Source of the DNA: an uncultured delta proteobacterium
GTDB lineage: Bacteria; Desulfobacterota; Binatia; UBA9968
Direction of reading: 5' to 3'
NCBI GenBank assembly: GCA_963840855.1
Contig: CAWJBB010000038.1
Coordinates: 1 to 21,602 of the forward strand
DNA length: 21,602 nucleotides
The notes beneath the pieces were generated by a model, which was not told the origin of the DNA, searched no databases, and saw only the letters and a list, made by a program, of their open reading frames with translations. Position numbers and translations under genes: made by a program. How positions within the stretch are numbered: the stretch's first letter is position 1; every line of letters begins with the position of its first letter. Below are positions 18,889 through 21,602 of the stretch, in pieces.

Positions 18889-19944
18889 TTAGATCCGATC
18901 GTGATGGAGATGAAACGATATCTCCGCCCCGGTCACCATGCTTTTCCCGAACATCATGAAAACGATGACCCAAAGCGCTTGCAGTGAAATGACAACCGCG
19001 GGATGCCATACGCGCTCGATGCCGGCGGCCAGATTTGGAACCGCGGAGGCCGAAGCAGGGGCGAAATAAGCCAGCGCGGCGGCACAGCCGATGGCCAGAA
19101 GGCTCATGATCTGATACGCCGAAATCTTGCCTCGACCCCGGCAATCGGCGCGCAGCATCTCTGATATCAAGCGCCAGCCCTGAGTGATAATCATGGTCGC
19201 AACGAAGACGATGGCGAATTCCCCGCGCAGAAAAAGCAAAGTTGCTGCTAGGCCGGTGACGATGTCAACAATGGAAGTCAAAGCTTGAACCGGAATGACC
19301 TCATGGCCCTCCATGCCGCTAGCGTAGGAAATCTTTTTCATCTGCCCCCAGAAAACAAAATGGCGCTTTAGAAAAATGCGCCGCAGCAATGGCGCGGCCT
19401 CGCGAAGCGACACCCCGTAGCAGCAACCGAAGCTGATGCAGGCCAGCCGCCCGAGGCCTTCGCCGAATGCGTAGGCGACCATCAGCGCCGCCAGCGCCGG
19501 CATGATCGGCACGACGGGCAATCCCGCTCTTGGCAATAACGTATTTAATACTCCCATGACCGCCGGCGCGATAAAGATTCCGACGAAAAAAGCACCGGCG
19601 ACGGTAAAGGTGCATTGTTTGCCTTCCACGAGCTGCGCCACCCATCTGGCGGCCGGCAGACAAACCATAAGCACGGCGACGATCAACCCGAGGGTCACCG
19701 TAGTTGGTATTCCCAGCGCGCCGAAGAGAATAATCAAGATCGTGACGCCAAAGACCACCGCATTGGCCGTGAGCAGTCCGTAGTAAGTAAAGTTGAGACC
19801 ATGCCAACGCCCGCTGGCGTCTTTCATAACCGGCACCGAGGCGAGAAACTGCCACCTTTCATCGGGCAAACGTTTGAACGCCCAATAAACGATGCCTGCC
19901 ATGAGAAGGCTCAACGAGAGAATGAAGCCTTCGTTAGCTGTCAT
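18889..19944 (-). CDS. Lgt (prolipoprotein diacylglyceryl transferase)-like multi-pass membrane protein
   Basis: Many TM segments; FTYYGL, GEGLGRLACISFGCCYG, PVQAL and WRLISEMLRAD resemble Lgt motifs (YG, GR-x-G-[NC], PxQLY, RFxxEFxR). ATG at 19944 has GGAGG 6 nt upstream. Confidence 0.78.
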   Translation of the reverse strand: MTANEGFILSLSLLMAGIVYWAFKRLPDERWQFLASVPVMKDASGRWHGLNFTYYGLLTANAVVFGVTILIILFGALGIPTTVTLGLIVAVLMVCLPAARWVAQLVEGKQCTFTVAGAFFVGIFIAPAVMGVLNTLLPRAGLPVVPIMPALAALMVAYAFGEGLGRLACISFGCCYGVSLREAAPLLRRIFLKRHFVFWGQMKKISYASGMEGHEVIPVQALTSIVDIVTGLAATLLFLRGEFAIVFVATMIITQGWRLISEMLRADCRGRGKISAYQIMSLLAIGCAAALAYFAPASASAVPNLAAGIERVWHPAVVISLQALWVIVFMMFGKSMVTGAEISFHLHHDRI

Positions 19945-21001
19945 AATCATCCTCCATTTCGGTTTGCGGCTTTCGCCGGCCTATGGTGGAGCGAACCTTG
20001 ACGTCGGTTTCGATAAGCGGTCTACCGAGGCCGAGGGAGTAACGGCTTTCGATGCCGGCGCGGCACTGATTGCGCAGCAAGTCGCCGGCGAATTCGACGC
20101 GGTTTTCTTGAAACAGCAAAACCGTCGTGCTGCTGCCGGGGCGAAATAGACTCTTGGGAGAACCGCGCTGAAGAAACTTCCCTGGCTCGATGCCCCGGGG
20201 GCTGTGGTATTCCTCGTCGCTGTAGCGCTGCGCGATATCGCCGATCATCAGCGCCACTACTTCGATCATCGCCACCAGCCCTACCCCCGTGCCGCCGGTT
20301 ACATCGGTGTCGATGATGGTGATCACCCGTTTATTCTTCGAGTAGGGCGTGGCCAAAGACAGCAGCGCCCCAGGGTTACAGGAATGATAGCTCCCATCGG
20401 TCTGGTAAAAATCGCGGACGACGCCAGCCACAGGGGTATGGTTGTAATGATACTTGTCGGGGGTAAGGCGGCAGATGACGAAATCGCCGCGGCGAAAGGC
20501 ACTGAGCCAGTCGAAGCGCGACGGGCCGAGCAGTTCTTCATAGTCGAAGAACTTTCCCTTGAGGACGAGAGTCGAAGTTTCTTTGAAGGTTCCCAAAACG
20601 ATTCTCGAATCGGCCGGACTGACGACGGTGAATTCGTCATCGCACATGGGGCGACAGCGCCAATAGCGAATGCGGCGCTCGAAGACTTTCCGCGCCGTGT
20701 CGAGCTCCTCCGGCTTGTCGAGACACTCGCTTAGATCGACGGCGCAGTTTTTCAAGAAGCGGCGGATGCCGGATATGTTTTGACCCAGGGGAAAATCGTA
20801 ATTGACCCAGCCGAGAAAGCCGGAGAACCATTGGCTGCCCAGCAGCTGGTAAACCATCGGCGCCCGTTCTCGCTTCTGGCAATAAAGATAGTTGACGATC
20901 CAGTCTCCGAACGGTCTCTCTGAGCGCACCTCCCCGGTATCGCGGTCGACAAATTGATGCGCAGCCAATTTCATTTGTACTCCCTCGTTGCCGTTCTTCA
21001 T
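19934..21001 (-). CDS. psd: Phosphatidylserine decarboxylase proenzyme
   Basis: VVSPADSR (Asp), RLTPDKYHYNHTPVAG (His), NKRVI, LFRPGSSTTVLLF (self-cleavage/pyruvoyl Ser). Two candidate ATGs (21001, 20974), each preceded by GAGGGAG. Confidence 0.9.
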   Translation of the reverse strand: MKNGNEGVQMKLAAHQFVDRDTGEVRSERPFGDWIVNYLYCQKRERAPMVYQLLGSQWFSGFLGWVNYDFPLGQNISGIRRFLKNCAVDLSECLDKPEELDTARKVFERRIRYWRCRPMCDDEFTVVSPADSRIVLGTFKETSTLVLKGKFFDYEELLGPSRFDWLSAFRRGDFVICRLTPDKYHYNHTPVAGVVRDFYQTDGSYHSCNPGALLSLATPYSKNKRVITIIDTDVTGGTGVGLVAMIEVVALMIGDIAQRYSDEEYHSPRGIEPGKFLQRGSPKSLFRPGSSTTVLLFQENRVEFAGDLLRNQCRAGIESRYSLGLGRPLIETDVKVRSTIGRRKPQTEMEDDYDS

Positions 21002-21034
21002 GGCTCCCTCGACGGCTTTTGCGTGCTAACAACA

Positions 21035-21057
21035 AAAACGATGTTATGCATTGTTTT
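21035..21057. promoter_or_regulatory. Imperfect inverted repeat upstream of psd (candidate operator)
   Basis: AAAACGATG-ttatg-CATTGTTTT (8 of 9 positions match) in an AT-rich stretch; TGTTATGC recurs at 21042 and 21074. Confidence 0.4.
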
Positions 21058-21153
21058 AAACGTATTTTTCGCCTGTTATGCGACGACTCCATGAAAGGCA
21101 GGTAAATATTCGATGAATTTGGCAGGCCAGGGAGGGGTGAAATCCGCGGCGCG

Positions 21154-21265
21154 ATTCGATGTTGGGGTTCAGGGTTCAAGGTAGCGCCTTCGGCGGGATT
21201 CAAGGTTACGATGCGGAAACCTTAAGCGTTGAACAGGCGAAGCCGTTGACCGCTAAACCTTGTAC
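21154..21265. repeat. Inverted heptamer-repeat hairpin element, degenerate copy 2
   Basis: GTTCAGG-GTTCAAG...ATTCAAG-GTT, then GTTGAAC-AGGCGAAGCC-GTTGACC-GCTAAAC-CTTGTAC. Shares the exact 16-mer CGTTGAACAGGCGAAG (21227-21242) with 8339-8354. Confidence 0.75.
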
Positions 21266-21405
21266 CGATCGGTCCCGGATCACGGCCGCAATGTAAAGCC
21301 ATCGTAGTCGGCAATTACCAGGCTGTTGGATGCCAACCCGGGAAGAGTTCGTTAATACGTGCGTGTGGCCCTGTAGCTGCGTCGGCGCACAGCGCCCGCG
21401 GGGTT

Positions 21406-21445
21406 TTGTAACGCGAATTTCATCTTGCTGTAACAATTTTCTCAG
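21406..21445 (+). promoter_or_regulatory. Pho-box-like / OmpR-family 11-bp-periodic direct repeats
   Basis: TTGTAAC-gcga-ATTTCAT-cttg-CTGTAAC-aatt-TTCTCAG: four 7-mers at exact 11-bp spacing, resembling CTGTCAT/CTGTAAC. Confidence 0.5.
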
Positions 21446-21553
21446 TCGCTCGCGGTAAGAAGTCATGTTCGACGCGATATACATGGCAGGACGTTACCGC
21501 GTGATTTCGCGTGATTGCTCCGATCTTAGCGAAAACCGCGCAGTGAGGACAAA

Positions 21554-21602
21554 ATGCACGCCGACTCTTACATCAATCGCGCGGGTGACGGCGTCGAACG
21601 CA
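21554..21602 (+). CDS. Probable 5' end of a gene running off the window (MHADSYINRAGDGVER...)
   Basis: GAGG at 21545-21548, ATG at 21554, frame open to the edge; too short to identify. Confidence 0.4.
   Translation, partial: MHADSYINRAGDGVER

Noticed and set aside
21206-21484. 92-aa minus-strand ORF
   Set aside because: No recognisable motifs, and it crosses the repeat element and putative regulatory repeats; probably non-coding.

Overview
Gene-dense, GC-rich bacterial chromosomal window, mostly on the + strand. The gene content resembles a Binatota/'deltaproteobacteria'-like lineage (inference only). In order: (1) surA-pdxA-phosphomannomutase/phosphoglucomutase-uvrA, where UvrA lacks its insertion domain; (2) a sigma70 promoter overlapped by an IscR type-1-like operator, driving an unusual hybrid Fe-S cluster iscS-iscA-[heptamer-repeat hairpin]-sufB-nifS-like-rrf2, then a hypothetical gene and a strong terminator, with no sufC/sufD or iscU/nifU in the window; (3) a frameshifted LpxL-family acyltransferase, a truncated ComD-like fragment, a GcvH homologue whose lipoyl-lysine is replaced by Ser, pcm, and ftsB divergent from eno; (4) eno-nth, an amidohydrolase and a signal-peptide-bearing SET-domain protein; (5) a minus-strand psd + Lgt-like pair, a second copy of the heptamer-repeat element, Pho-box-like 11-bp repeats and a probable gene start at the edge. 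Two clear single-base (+1) frameshifts (surA tail, lpxL-like) may be sequencing errors. No rRNA, tRNA, CRISPR array or transposase was recognised. The best candidates for an undescribed system are the psd/Lgt-like pair, the hybrid Fe-S operon, the Lys-less GcvH, the exported SET protein and the dispersed repeat element. All protein assignments come from motif recognition, without database searches.
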